Below are positions 37,967 through 48,527 of a stretch of 64,000 nt of DNA, one piece after another. Origin of the DNA: an uncultured Pseudomonadota bacterium (GTDB taxonomy: Bacteria; Pseudomonadota; Alphaproteobacteria; Rs-D84); assembly GCA_949298405.1 (NCBI GenBank), contig CASFWA010000001.1, positions 129,883-193,882 of the forward strand, given 5' to 3'. A program made the position numbers and the translations under genes. Below the pieces are notes generated by a model, which did no database searches, was not told where the DNA came from, and was given only the letters and a program-made list of their open reading frames with translations. Positions within the stretch are counted from its first letter, which is position 1, and each line of letters starts with the position of its first letter.

Positions 37967-39736
37967 TTGCCTGTTCGCGTTCTGCCTGATTTTTTAGTTA
38001 ATCAAATTGCCGCAGGTGAGGTAGTGGAACGTCCTGCGAGTGTCGTAAAAGAACTGGTAGAAAACGCGTTGGATGCTGGTGCAGACCAGATTATGATAGA
38101 TGTTATTGATGGTGGCAGAACTTTAATTTCTGTTATAGATAATGGTTCGGGAATGTCGCGTGATGACTTGGCAAAAAGTATCACAAGGCATGCGACATCA
38201 AAATTACCAGATGATGATTTGTTGAATATTAATTTTATGGGATTTCGTGGCGAGGCTTTGCCTTCAATCGCATCTGTATCTGATATGACAATTGATACTT
38301 GCAACGGAATGGATGAAAATGGTTGGTGTTTAAATTGCACAACAGGTGATATCAGGCCTTCTGACTGGGAAACAGGAACAAGAATAAGAGTTAATAATTT
38401 ATTTTCTAAAACTCCTGCTAGATTAAAGTTCTTGCGTGGTGACCGTGCAGAAATGATTTCTGTGTTAGACGTTGTAAAGCGTTTGGCTATGGCGCGCCCT
38501 GATGTGGGGTTCGTTTTAAATAACAAATGGCGCTTCCCAAAAAATCAAGATATGTTGGAACGTATCGCTGCAGTTATGGGTGATGATGCGCGTGGGCGTA
38601 TGTTGGAAGTAAATGCAGTTTCTTCTTCAAACAAATTATTAAAATTTCGTGGCTTTATTTCTGAACCGACATTGCGTCGTGCTTCATCTGTTGACCAATA
38701 TTTATTTGTAAATGGCAGACCTGTAAAAGATAAGGTTTTAGTCGGTGCTTTGCGTGCCGCATATATGGACGTTATGCATGCACGCGAATTCCCGCTATGT
38801 GCACTGTATCTTGACTTAGAGCCAAGAAGTGTGGATGTAAATGTATCACCTGCAAAGACAGAAGTTCATTTCTTAGAACCGTCCCATATTAGAGGCTTTA
38901 TTATTAAATCACTTCGCAGTGCGCTGGCAAAAACTTTGGAAGAAAAAGTTGATGAGAGTCCTTCAAATGTTTCTGCCGTTTCTGCATTTCAGACAAGCGC
39001 ACCTAAATTAAATTTTGGTATAAATAATCGTATGTGTGTTTCTTCTCCTAATAGAAATGCACCTGATGTTGCTTTTATGTTTAAACCTGTAATAAACAAT
39101 GGAACTAATGTCGCATCGCAGGAAGAAGACAGGTCCCTTTATACAGAGACAGGTAATCCAGTAGAAAATGATTTGCCGTTGGGGCGTGTTATAGGGCAGG
39201 TAGGTAATAAATATATCCTGGCACAAAGCGGTGAAAATCTGGTAATTGTTGATCAACATGCCGCGCATGAACGTATTACTTATGAGAAACTTCGTAAATA
39301 TGAAATAAAAGTACAACCATTATTAACTCCAATTGTTGTAAATATGCGTATTGAAGATGTTGAAGCGGTTTTGTCTATCGTAGAAGAAATGAAAAAGTCG
39401 GGGTTGCATATCGATTCTTTCGGTGATGACGCAATTGCTATTTTTGAAAAACCTGCAGATTGGGACTTAAATTGGAAAGATTTGTTCCATAGTATAGCGG
39501 ATGAAGTACGTGAATACGGACATTCTTCCCAATTAGGAGAAAAATTACACTTAAAACTTGCAAATTATGCTTGTCATCATAGTGTAAGAGCAGGACAAAA
39601 ATTAGACTTTAATCAAATGGATGCACTGCTTCGAGATATAGAAAAAACTACGCGTGGTGGTGAATGCAATCATGGAAGGCCTGTTTATAAAATCATACCA
39701 CTTACAGAAATTGACGGTTGGTTTGAACGTATTTGA
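37967..39736 (+). CDS. mutL: DNA mismatch repair endonuclease MutL
   Basis: NQIAAGEVVERPASVVKELVEN, GFRGEAL, DQHAAHER, ACH, CNHGRP; TTG start. Confidence 0.97.
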   Translation: MPVRVLPDFLVNQIAAGEVVERPASVVKELVENALDAGADQIMIDVIDGGRTLISVIDNGSGMSRDDLAKSITRHATSKLPDDDLLNINFMGFRGEALPSIASVSDMTIDTCNGMDENGWCLNCTTGDIRPSDWETGTRIRVNNLFSKTPARLKFLRGDRAEMISVLDVVKRLAMARPDVGFVLNNKWRFPKNQDMLERIAAVMGDDARGRMLEVNAVSSSNKLLKFRGFISEPTLRRASSVDQYLFVNGRPVKDKVLVGALRAAYMDVMHAREFPLCALYLDLEPRSVDVNVSPAKTEVHFLEPSHIRGFIIKSLRSALAKTLEEKVDESPSNVSAVSAFQTSAPKLNFGINNRMCVSSPNRNAPDVAFMFKPVINNGTNVASQEEDRSLYTETGNPVENDLPLGRVIGQVGNKYILAQSGENLVIVDQHAAHERITYEKLRKYEIKVQPLLTPIVVNMRIEDVEAVLSIVEEMKKSGLHIDSFGDDAIAIFEKPADWDLNWKDLFHSIADEVREYGHSSQLGEKLHLKLANYACHHSVRAGQKLDFNQMDALLRDIEKTTRGGECNHGRPVYKIIPLTEIDGWFERI

Positions 39737-39821
39737 TTTTTGGGCTTTTTGATAACTATTTCCTTTACATAATCGGCTTTTTTTACTATTCTGAACCCAT
39801 AAATATACAAGGAGAAATATT

Positions 39822-40121
39822 ATGAATGAAACAGCAGTTGTTGATAATGTAGCGCAAACTACACCTACATGGGATTGGATGGGGCTGTTGCTGTATTGCG
39901 TTGTTGTTTTTGCAATCATTTATATCTTTATGGTCAGACCAAATAAAAAGCGTATGGCTGAATATCAAAAGATGTTGGATTCTTTGAAAGTCGGTAATCG
40001 TGTTTTGGCGGCTGGCATATATGGAACTATCAAAAAGATAAACGAAAATACAATCGAAATGGAAATCGCAAAAGGCGTTGTTATCGAAGTTAATAAAAAC
40101 GCAGTTGCAAATGTTGAATAA
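39822..40121 (+). CDS. yajC: Preprotein translocase subunit YajC
   Basis: TM helix then RPNKKR, LKVGNRV..GIYGTI; precedes secD. Confidence 0.93.
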   Translation: MNETAVVDNVAQTTPTWDWMGLLLYCVVVFAIIYIFMVRPNKKRMAEYQKMLDSLKVGNRVLAAGIYGTIKKINENTIEMEIAKGVVIEVNKNAVANVE

Positions 40122-40133
40122 AAGGGTTTGGTT

Positions 40134-41693
40134 ATGTTTAAAAAACTAGCAATAATATTTGTCGCGGTATTTGGCGTATTGCTGGCAGTGCCTACATTGG
40201 CACCTAGTTTGGCACCTTATTTTCCTTCTTGGATTCAGCCTATTTCTTTGGGGTTGGATTTAAAGGGCGGGGCACAACTTCTGTTAGAGGTTGATACCGA
40301 TACAATGTTTCGTGAAAAGGGAATGCAATTATATGATGATGTGCGTAGCGCATTGATTGATCGTGATAAAGGTGTAATTCGTTTCTCTAATTTACGTAAC
40401 AATGACGGTGTTGTGTCTTTGGTTGTTCGTGAAGAAGCAGAAGTTTCTGATGCAAAAGGTCGTTTAAGAAGCGTTCTTGGGGATTCTGTTGATATTTCTT
40501 CTGATGATAAAACACTTACGTTGGCTTATACTGCAAAAGCAAAAGAAGAAATGGTGCAAGACGCATTGGCACGTAGTATAGAAATTGTGCGTCGCCGTAT
40601 TGACGCGTTGGGTACGAAAGAACCTTCTATTCAAAGTCAGGGTGGAAAGTATATCTTGATTCAATTGCCTGGTGTTGATAACCCGGAACGTATAAAAGAG
40701 TTAATTGGTCAAACCGCAAAAATGACTTTCCATTTGGTAAATGAAAATGTGACTCAGGAACAGTTGTCTTCTGGTCATGCACCAAAAGGAACAGAATTCT
40801 TGCCATTTATGGATGCGCCCGACCAGAAGATTCCTGTTTATACGCGTATAGAGGTTTCTGGTGAATCTTTAAAAGATTCTCAGGCTGATTTTGACCAGCA
40901 TAATATGCCTGTTGTGACAACTACTTTTGATGCAACGGGTGCGCGCAAATTTGCAAAGTTAACAACGGACCATGTAAATGAACGCTTTGCAATAGTTTTG
41001 GACGGCAAAGTTTTGTCCGCACCAACTATTCGTGAACCAATTCCAGGGGGACGTGGGCAGATTTCAGGTGGTTTTACTTTGCAAGGTGCAAAAGATTTGG
41101 CGGTTCTTTTGCGTAGTGGTGCGTTGCCCGCACCTTTGCAGGTTATCGAAGAACGTACCGTCGGTGCAGGCTTGGGTGCTGATACTATTGCCGCCGGTAA
41201 AGTTGCTTCTTTGGCAGGTATGATATTTATTATGATTTTCATGATTTTCTGCTATAGAGCCTTTGGGGTTATTGCAAGTTTTGTTTTGGTTGTAAACTTA
41301 GCGATGATTATAGGTATTTCTGCATTGCTTGGGGCAACGCTTACATTGCCTGGTATTGCAGGTATCGTGCTTACCTTGGGTATGGCGGTTGATGCAAATA
41401 TTTTACCGTTTGAGAGAATCCGCGATGAAATTAGAGAAGGGGTGACGCCATTACGCGCAGTAGAGGCAGGTTTCCATCGTTCTATGAAAGCGGTTATGGA
41501 CGGAAATTTAACCAATTTAATTTGTTCGTTGGTATTGTTCCAGTTCGGTGCAGGTCCGATTCGCGGTTTTGCAGTCACTTTGTCGGTCGGTGTTTTGACC
41601 ACATTGTTTACATGTGTATCGTTGTCTAAGGTCATCATCGACTGGTATATGAACGGCAAAAATAAAAAAATTGGATACGTAAAAAATAAGTAA
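40134..41693 (+). CDS. secD: Protein translocase subunit SecD
   Basis: LGLDLKGG, RRRID.LG..EP, LRSGALP, LTLPGIAG..LTLGMAVDAN. Confidence 0.97.
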   Translation: MFKKLAIIFVAVFGVLLAVPTLAPSLAPYFPSWIQPISLGLDLKGGAQLLLEVDTDTMFREKGMQLYDDVRSALIDRDKGVIRFSNLRNNDGVVSLVVREEAEVSDAKGRLRSVLGDSVDISSDDKTLTLAYTAKAKEEMVQDALARSIEIVRRRIDALGTKEPSIQSQGGKYILIQLPGVDNPERIKELIGQTAKMTFHLVNENVTQEQLSSGHAPKGTEFLPFMDAPDQKIPVYTRIEVSGESLKDSQADFDQHNMPVVTTTFDATGARKFAKLTTDHVNERFAIVLDGKVLSAPTIREPIPGGRGQISGGFTLQGAKDLAVLLRSGALPAPLQVIEERTVGAGLGADTIAAGKVASLAGMIFIMIFMIFCYRAFGVIASFVLVVNLAMIIGISALLGATLTLPGIAGIVLTLGMAVDANILPFERIRDEIREGVTPLRAVEAGFHRSMKAVMDGNLTNLICSLVLFQFGAGPIRGFAVTLSVGVLTTLFTCVSLSKVIIDWYMNGKNKKIGYVKNK

Positions 41694-41705
41694 AAGGTTA
41701 GTGTT

Positions 41706-42572
41706 ATGAAACTGAAATTTATGAAGTATCGTAAATTGTCCTATTGGATTTCTGGCTTGTTAGTCGCTTTGTCGATTTTATCTTTGGCAACGCGTGGTCT
41801 GAATTATGGTATTGATTTTGCTGGTGGTATTTCTATGGAGGTCACACCTGTATCCGCAGATTATACAATTGATAAAATGCGTCATGCTTTGGCCGATTTT
41901 AATCCAGAATTGCAATCGATTGATAATAAGTCTATTTTGGTTCGTGTTGGTTTGCCAAAAGGTGCAACTGATGCGCAGCAAAATCAACGTGTCGCAGAAA
42001 TTAAAAATATCTTGGGTGATAATGTTCAATATTCCCAAGTACAAATAGTTGGACCAAAAATTGGTGGCGAACTTGTTCGTGGTGGTATTTTGGCGGTATT
42101 ATTCTCGTTCATATTAATGGCGGTCTATGTATGGGTGCGCTATCGCGGTGGTTATGCTGTCGGTTCTTTCCTGTCTTTGGTTTTGGACTTTATTATAATG
42201 TTTGGATTTTTCTCTGTCACAGGACTAGAATTTAATCAGACGTCTATTGCGGTAATTTTGATGGGGGTTGGATATTCTATTAACGATAAGGTCGTAAATT
42301 ATGATAGAATAGAAGAAAATATTAAAAAATATCATAAAATGCCAATGTCTGATTTAATTGATTTGTCTGTAAATGAAATGTTGCGCAGAACTATTATGAC
42401 AGGTGTGTCTACTATACTTGCTATGGTTGCACTGTATTTGTTTGGTGGAACAATGTTGCAAGAATTTGCAATATCTATGACTTTTGCCGTTATTATGGGT
42501 ACGATGACAAGTATATATATTTCAAATGTAATTTTGTATCACTTTAACCTGCGTGATAATGAAGAGAAATAA
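41706..42572 (+). CDS. secF: Protein translocase subunit SecF
   Basis: GIDFAGG, VGPKIG.EL, GYSINDKVV.YDRI. Confidence 0.96.
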   Translation: MKLKFMKYRKLSYWISGLLVALSILSLATRGLNYGIDFAGGISMEVTPVSADYTIDKMRHALADFNPELQSIDNKSILVRVGLPKGATDAQQNQRVAEIKNILGDNVQYSQVQIVGPKIGGELVRGGILAVLFSFILMAVYVWVRYRGGYAVGSFLSLVLDFIIMFGFFSVTGLEFNQTSIAVILMGVGYSINDKVVNYDRIEENIKKYHKMPMSDLIDLSVNEMLRRTIMTGVSTILAMVALYLFGGTMLQEFAISMTFAVIMGTMTSIYISNVILYHFNLRDNEEK

Positions 42573-42612
42573 AAAGTTGTGTTGCATCAAAGCAAAAAAA
42601 GAGGAGGGTAAA

Positions 42613-44118
42613 ATGAGATTCTTTAAATTCGTTTTATGTGCTTTTTTGGCTTTTGGTGCAACGCCGCTTTATGCAGAAAGCTTGTTCTTTGAAGATGAAC
42701 CAGTCCAAGACGGGTTAAATGTTTTTGATGTTTCTGCGACTTTCGCTGATATTTATAAAAAATTAGATAGTGTTAGTTGGGCTGGGAAAAATATAAATGT
42801 AGCCATTGAAAGTTTAGAAAAATTAAATTCTGATGCACATATTGCTGCAACAGATGAACGGGTTGTCCTTGTTTGGAAAGATTCTATAATCGCAAATTAC
42901 CCAAGACCAAAAGCAGGAGATTGGAATGGTTTTGGTGAAATTACAACTGCGCTTGTATTAAAATTACGTGCAAATGACCCTGTGCTTCATAATGCTAGTG
43001 AAAGTGAAATGTATCAGATGGTTGTGGATAGTCTTATGCGCGGCATAGATGAAAATGGAAGATATATATTTTCACGCGAAGCAGAAATAAATGAAGACGG
43101 AAGAATTTTGACAAGTGTTGGATTAGAAGGCGCGCGTGATGAACGTGGAAATTATCGCGTCACAGGAATTTATAAAGATTCCCCGGCAGATACGGCAGGT
43201 ATTCGAGAAGGGGATTTAATTACTGCCATAAATGGATTGTCTGTTGCTTCTATGTCTGATGCGGATTTATCTGGTGTGATGTCTGGCTTTAATTCTGGTA
43301 CTTCTAAATTAAAGTTGTTAACCCCAGCAGGCGGAAAAGATGTTGTATTGCGTAGAGCAACTATTATTTTAGCAGATGCAGATGTTGTTCATCGTAGTGA
43401 CCCAGAAAGTGGTGGCTTGTTAGAAATAGTGGTTCATAAAATATCAGATAATTCTGCAGCAATCGTAAATGAAGCGTTATTATCATATCCTGATATTACA
43501 GGAATTGTTTTGGATTTACGCGCAGCAATAGGAGACGACGAAAAAGCGGCTGCAAAGTTGGCTGGATTATTTATAGGCCCCGAACCTGTATTACGTATAG
43601 TAGAAACAGCACGGGATGAAGTCGAAGTTGTCCCTGGTGGAAAAGCAGTGACAGATGCACCTGTTGTTGTTTTGATGTCTGATATGACGCGGGGTACCGC
43701 AGAAGCAGTAGCCGCGGCTTTTTATGAATATGAACGCGGGGTGTTAGTTGGTACGCCTACTGCGGGTAGTGCGCGAATCGCAACCCGAATAAATTTAGAT
43801 AATGGCGGTGCGTTAGAATTATTGAATAAATCTATTAAGACAGGTAAGGGTAGAAATATAGATGGCCGCGGTCTTTTCCCTATTGTATGTTTGTCTAATA
43901 TTCGTACTTCTTCACAACAACATGCTTTCTTCTTAAATGTTATAAATAATGATTTTAATTCTAAGGATTTTAACCAGGACGATGAAACCAAAGTAGAAGA
44001 TATTAGACGCGGTTGTCCTACGATAACAAGCGGTGCGGATGAAGATGCTTTGGCTTCTGCTGTTGCGGTTAAAATTTTAACTGATAAAAAAGTATATAAC
44101 AAATTATTTGCAGATTAA
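42613..44118 (+). CDS. PDZ + S41 peptidase-like protein, catalytic residues substituted
   Basis: Signal peptide, PDZ (SPADTAGIREGD), GIVLDLR, TRGTAEAV and GTPTAGSA; GGAGG SD before ATG 42613. Confidence 0.75.
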   Translation: MRFFKFVLCAFLAFGATPLYAESLFFEDEPVQDGLNVFDVSATFADIYKKLDSVSWAGKNINVAIESLEKLNSDAHIAATDERVVLVWKDSIIANYPRPKAGDWNGFGEITTALVLKLRANDPVLHNASESEMYQMVVDSLMRGIDENGRYIFSREAEINEDGRILTSVGLEGARDERGNYRVTGIYKDSPADTAGIREGDLITAINGLSVASMSDADLSGVMSGFNSGTSKLKLLTPAGGKDVVLRRATIILADADVVHRSDPESGGLLEIVVHKISDNSAAIVNEALLSYPDITGIVLDLRAAIGDDEKAAAKLAGLFIGPEPVLRIVETARDEVEVVPGGKAVTDAPVVVLMSDMTRGTAEAVAAAFYEYERGVLVGTPTAGSARIATRINLDNGGALELLNKSIKTGKGRNIDGRGLFPIVCLSNIRTSSQQHAFFLNVINNDFNSKDFNQDDETKVEDIRRGCPTITSGADEDALASAVAVKILTDKKVYNKLFAD

Positions 44119-44138
44119 TTCAATTAGGATGGTTAAGC

Positions 44139-44831
44139 ATGTTTTTAACAAAAGACAATAAAATAAAATGGAAATTTTTGGGTTATTCAGGAATAGTGAC
44201 TATATTTTTGGTCTTCTTGGGAATATTCTGGTTTGATAAACCTCTTTATTTATTTATGCGCAATTTTGATTGTCGATTGTGGGGGGTATTTGATGCGGTT
44301 TTTGATGCAAAAAATTGGTTGATTGTTTCTGCGGTTTTATTGTTATTCTTTTATATAAAAAAAATATGGCATTCTAAACCGCTGTATAAAAATGAAAAAA
44401 ATAAGTTTAGTATGGTCGTTCTTTGTAAAGATGCTTTATATAAAGTTCGTAATAGTTATGCGTTTTATGTGTTTTGTTCTGTCTTGGCGGCAAGTGTTGT
44501 TGGGCAAATATTAAAGGTTTTAATAGGTAGAGCACGCCCAATCTTTTATGAGGCTTTGGATATGACCGGTTTCTTCCCTTTATCAACAGAGTGGGCGTTT
44601 AATTCCATGCCATCGGGGCATTCATTTGCTTCTTTTGCTGGACTTGTTATGTTGGGCTTGCTTGCACCAAAAATAAAATGGATTACTTGGTCTTTGGCAA
44701 TACTAATTGGTATGTCGCGTGTTTGTTATGGGGCGCATTGGCCGACAGATGTTCTTTTTGGTGCCTTTATTGGTATGGTAATGGCCGATTTGGTAAAGGC
44801 GGTATTGAAAGCAAAAAATATGGAAAAATAA
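44139..44831 (+). CDS. PAP2-family membrane phosphatase (LpxE/PgpB-like)
   Basis: K-x6-RP, PSGH and SR-x5-H-x3-D motifs. Confidence 0.9.
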   Translation: MFLTKDNKIKWKFLGYSGIVTIFLVFLGIFWFDKPLYLFMRNFDCRLWGVFDAVFDAKNWLIVSAVLLLFFYIKKIWHSKPLYKNEKNKFSMVVLCKDALYKVRNSYAFYVFCSVLAASVVGQILKVLIGRARPIFYEALDMTGFFPLSTEWAFNSMPSGHSFASFAGLVMLGLLAPKIKWITWSLAILIGMSRVCYGAHWPTDVLFGAFIGMVMADLVKAVLKAKNMEK

Positions 44832-44877
44832 AATAAGGTTCTAACAAAATTACTATTTTTGTGATAAAATGCATGAA

Positions 44878-47115
44878 ATGGAAAAACAATCAAAATTTTT
44901 ACCAGATAGGGTTTCTGGCGCACTTAAAAGTCTGATTAAACGTATAGCAGGTGGGGTTTTGCTTGCCATAGGGCTGTGGGCTTTGTGGGCTTTGTTCTTT
45001 TTTAATCCTTATTTAAATGGTTTTGCAGCAGCAAGTACTTTTGGTGAGCAGTCTATTATGGGGCAGGTCGTCGGCTTTTTGCGTTATGGTGTTGGCTTTA
45101 TCCCAGCTATGTTTTTGATACTTTGTATAGCCAGATGGGGACTTGCATGGATTGCAGGTTGGGAAGAAGAAACTGCACCTGAATATAATTTTTTGCGTTG
45201 TTTTGTTGTTTTGTGTTTGGGAACGGCTGGTTTTGGACTTGTAATGCCTTCTGCTACTTTCGGAGGTTTGGCAGGGCGTTTGGTTGCGACTGATGTTGCT
45301 TCTGTTATAGGTGGCTGGGGGGTAATAATAGGCATTCTTTGTATTGGAGGATTCTTTGTTTTGGGCGCCTTGTTATTACATATAAAATGGGAGCATGTTA
45401 AAAGTGCTGTAAGCGTTTTATATAAGTCTGTTCGTTGGTTAATGTCTGTTTTTCATTTAACAAAGGTTGAAGCAGAAAACTATTATGAAGATGTGGAAGA
45501 GGAAGATGATTTTGTCGATGATGAAGAAAATAATGAAGTAGAGGAAAAGGTTAAGAAAACGCGCGCTGTAAAGAAAAAAGTACATAGCGTTTCAAGAAAC
45601 ATTAGTGTTGTAGATGGGGTGCATCAATATGAATTACCTGACCCCGCATTTTTAGAACGGTCTTCTTTTGGTAAAAATGTTATCACACCAGAATTAAAAA
45701 GAAATGCGACTGCGATGGAATTCCATTTTACGGAATATAATGTTTATGGAAAAGTTGTGGGAATTAAACCTGGACCGATTGTTACTCTTTATGAATATTT
45801 ACCAGAAAGTGGAACTCGTATGGTTGATATAAGCAAAACGGTAAATGATATGACACGTGCAATGGCCGCAGAAAATATTCGTATTGCGCCCATACCAAGT
45901 ACACAATTTATCGGTGTGGAAATGGTTAATCTTAATAGACAAACTGTCCGTTTCCAGTCGTTGGTAGATAATGATACTTTTATACATTCTAAATATAGAA
46001 TACCTTTGGCATTGGGGGTTGATATTGGCGGTAATCCAATGTATTTTGATTTGGCAAAAATGCCCCATGTATTAATTGCTGGGCGTACTGGGTCTGGTAA
46101 GTCAGTTTTTGTTCAATCCATTATTATGTCAATTCTGTATCATTTTACTCCTGATAGATGTAAGTTGATGATAATTGACCCTAAGGGTGTTGATTTTACT
46201 TTGTGGGATAATATACCGCATTTGATAACACCTGTTTTGACAGATGCAAATGCTTCTGTGAATGCTTTAAAATGGTCTGTTCGTGAAATGGAAGAACGCT
46301 ATAAACGCTTACAATTATTAGGTGTCCAGAATATAGAAGGATATAATGAAGCCGTTGCTAAAAAACGTGCAAGCGGTGAAAAATTAACAAGACAAGTTGC
46401 AGTTGGTACAGACCCTGAAACAGGTGAATTAGAATTTGAAACACAAGAAGTTGATTTGTCTGATATGCCGTATTTGGTTATCGTAATAGACGAGGTCGCA
46501 GATTTGATGTCTGTTGCACGCAAAGATTTAGAAGCCTGTGTTTTACGTTTGGCACAGAAAGCACGTGCCGCAGGAATTCATCTTGTTGCTGCAACTCAAC
46601 GTCCTGATACTTCTGTTATTACAGGTGTTATTAAGGCTAATTTCCCAACCCGTATATCTTTCCAGGCACGTAGTGCAATCGACTCTATGACGACATTGGG
46701 TGAAAAAGGAGCAGAGCAGTTGTTGGCATGTGGTGATATGTTATTTAGTGAGGCTGGAAAACGACCTGTTCGTATACATGGTGCTTTTATAGAAAATACA
46801 GAAATTAATCGTGTTGCGGATTTCTTGCGCGCACAAGGTGAACCAGAATATGTTGCAGGGGTATCAGATGGAGATGATGTAGGAATGTCGGCGGGAATAT
46901 CTATCCCTGGTGCTGCGCCAAATAAATCAGATAAGGATGCAGATCTTTATACGCAAGCAAAAGAATGTGTCTTGAGAGATAGAAAACCTACAATTTCTTA
47001 TATACAGCGTCGTTTGGGCGTTGGATATAATAAAGCTGCAGGGTTTATGGAACGTATGGAAAAAGAAGGTATCGTCAGCCCACCAGATGCAAAGAATAAA
47101 AGACAGATTCTATAA
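44878..47115 (+). CDS. ftsK: DNA translocase FtsK
   Basis: N-terminal TMs, MPHVLIAGRTGSGKS, IDPK, DEVADLM, ARAAGIHL, gamma domain ISYIQRRLGVGYNKAA; start set at ATG 44878. Confidence 0.97.
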   Translation: MEKQSKFLPDRVSGALKSLIKRIAGGVLLAIGLWALWALFFFNPYLNGFAAASTFGEQSIMGQVVGFLRYGVGFIPAMFLILCIARWGLAWIAGWEEETAPEYNFLRCFVVLCLGTAGFGLVMPSATFGGLAGRLVATDVASVIGGWGVIIGILCIGGFFVLGALLLHIKWEHVKSAVSVLYKSVRWLMSVFHLTKVEAENYYEDVEEEDDFVDDEENNEVEEKVKKTRAVKKKVHSVSRNISVVDGVHQYELPDPAFLERSSFGKNVITPELKRNATAMEFHFTEYNVYGKVVGIKPGPIVTLYEYLPESGTRMVDISKTVNDMTRAMAAENIRIAPIPSTQFIGVEMVNLNRQTVRFQSLVDNDTFIHSKYRIPLALGVDIGGNPMYFDLAKMPHVLIAGRTGSGKSVFVQSIIMSILYHFTPDRCKLMIIDPKGVDFTLWDNIPHLITPVLTDANASVNALKWSVREMEERYKRLQLLGVQNIEGYNEAVAKKRASGEKLTRQVAVGTDPETGELEFETQEVDLSDMPYLVIVIDEVADLMSVARKDLEACVLRLAQKARAAGIHLVAATQRPDTSVITGVIKANFPTRISFQARSAIDSMTTLGEKGAEQLLACGDMLFSEAGKRPVRIHGAFIENTEINRVADFLRAQGEPEYVAGVSDGDDVGMSAGISIPGAAPNKSDKDADLYTQAKECVLRDRKPTISYIQRRLGVGYNKAAGFMERMEKEGIVSPPDAKNKRQIL

Positions 47116-47134
47116 GTTATAGGTTAGGTTTGTT

Positions 47135-47170
47135 TGCCCATAAAACTTAGGTTTTTATGGGCATTTTTAT
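47135..47170 (+). terminator. Terminator after ftsK
   Basis: TGCCCATAAAA-loop-TTTTATGGGCA followed by TTTTT. Confidence 0.8.
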
Positions 47171-47228
47171 TTAAATGCTTTTTTGGACTGATTTTTTATG
47201 ATATAATTTTCCAAAAGGAGTTTTTGTA

Positions 47229-48437
47229 ATGAAAAAACATGTTTCTTTATTTATGTTGGGTGTTGCTTTGTTCGGCATATCACCTGTGTGGGCAGCAACT
47301 AATTCTGGAACACGTGCAGGGTCTAGCGCGGATTTAACGGGGCAACCTGCGGTGCGTGAACGTACACAAGTAAATTATGAAAAGTATGAGACTCGTACAT
47401 CTACGAAGACATATGATCAAAAAGATGCAAAAAATATATATTATACTCAACCTGCTAATCGTAGTGACTTGTATAAGCAATATTCTAGCAGTTCTAATTC
47501 TTCGGCAAATGTTCGTACAACACGTGCAGAAACTTATCGTAGTGAACTTAGAAGAAAATATTATTTAGCACATCCGTTCTTCCAACCGCTACAAGGAGAT
47601 TTCGGTTCTGTCACAGATTTGTCTTATACAATGAGTTCTTATGACATTTTACTGACTCCATCAGAAGGTGGGTATGTTTCTGACCCTAATGGTAAATGGG
47701 ATATGGGACAGTTTTCTATCAAGGAAGATTTTAGTTATGGTATTACAGATCGTATCGCTGTACTTGCTATGTTGAGATATGATATGTCTGACTATAAGTT
47801 TGATTGGTCTACTGCACCAGATGATACTATGGATGATAGTGGTTTGAATTTGTTGGGGCTGGGCGCACAATGGCGTTTCGTTGATAATGAAAAATGGATT
47901 GCAACACTATCTGGTTATTATCAGTATCAAAAAGATATATCAAACAATTTCTTGTTGGACTTGAAAGGCGGATATAAAATCGGTACTTCTACTATTTATG
48001 GTCTAGCGCGTGCGTGGTATGTAAACTTTGACGGTAATTCATATGGTAATGGAATAGAAGGTGAAACCGCCGAAGGTACAAAGGCTACAATATTCTTGGC
48101 ATATGATACAAATGTTGGGAATGTATTTTACCTGGAAGGTGGTCTGGGCGTGTTCAGCGTCTTGGATGAAGATTGGACATTAAACTTTGAGGCCATATTT
48201 GGGGATTATGATTGGCATAATCAGGCAAGTTTAAAGGCAGCAATTGGTTGGCAACCTAATGATTGGTTCGCTTTGAATCTGTATGCAAAAACGGCTGTAT
48301 ATGATTCCGCAGATGGCAAGGATTTGACTTTCTGGGGAACAGATGCAGATACTGGTTTGTTTGTACAAATGGGTAATGCTAATATTGATAATTATTCCGA
48401 AACTTCAATCGGGTTACAGGCAATATTCTCATTCTAA
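47229..48437 (+). CDS. Putative outer membrane beta-barrel protein
   Basis: Signal peptide (VWA), amphipathic aromatic-rich strands, C-terminal Phe (LQAIFSF). Confidence 0.7.
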   Translation: MKKHVSLFMLGVALFGISPVWAATNSGTRAGSSADLTGQPAVRERTQVNYEKYETRTSTKTYDQKDAKNIYYTQPANRSDLYKQYSSSSNSSANVRTTRAETYRSELRRKYYLAHPFFQPLQGDFGSVTDLSYTMSSYDILLTPSEGGYVSDPNGKWDMGQFSIKEDFSYGITDRIAVLAMLRYDMSDYKFDWSTAPDDTMDDSGLNLLGLGAQWRFVDNEKWIATLSGYYQYQKDISNNFLLDLKGGYKIGTSTIYGLARAWYVNFDGNSYGNGIEGETAEGTKATIFLAYDTNVGNVFYLEGGLGVFSVLDEDWTLNFEAIFGDYDWHNQASLKAAIGWQPNDWFALNLYAKTAVYDSADGKDLTFWGTDADTGLFVQMGNANIDNYSETSIGLQAIFSF

Positions 48438-48446
48438 TTGATGCGT

Positions 48447-48484
48447 GTATAGTTCAGGCTCTTTAATTAGAGCCTGAACTATAC
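48447..48484. repeat. Perfect 16-bp inverted repeat between two OMP genes
   Basis: GTATAGTTCAGGCTCT-ttaatt-AGAGCCTGAACTATAC. Confidence 0.85.
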
Positions 48485-48527
48485 GCAGTTGTGCGCTTTT
48501 TTATTTTGATAAAACTCGGGGGAGAGA

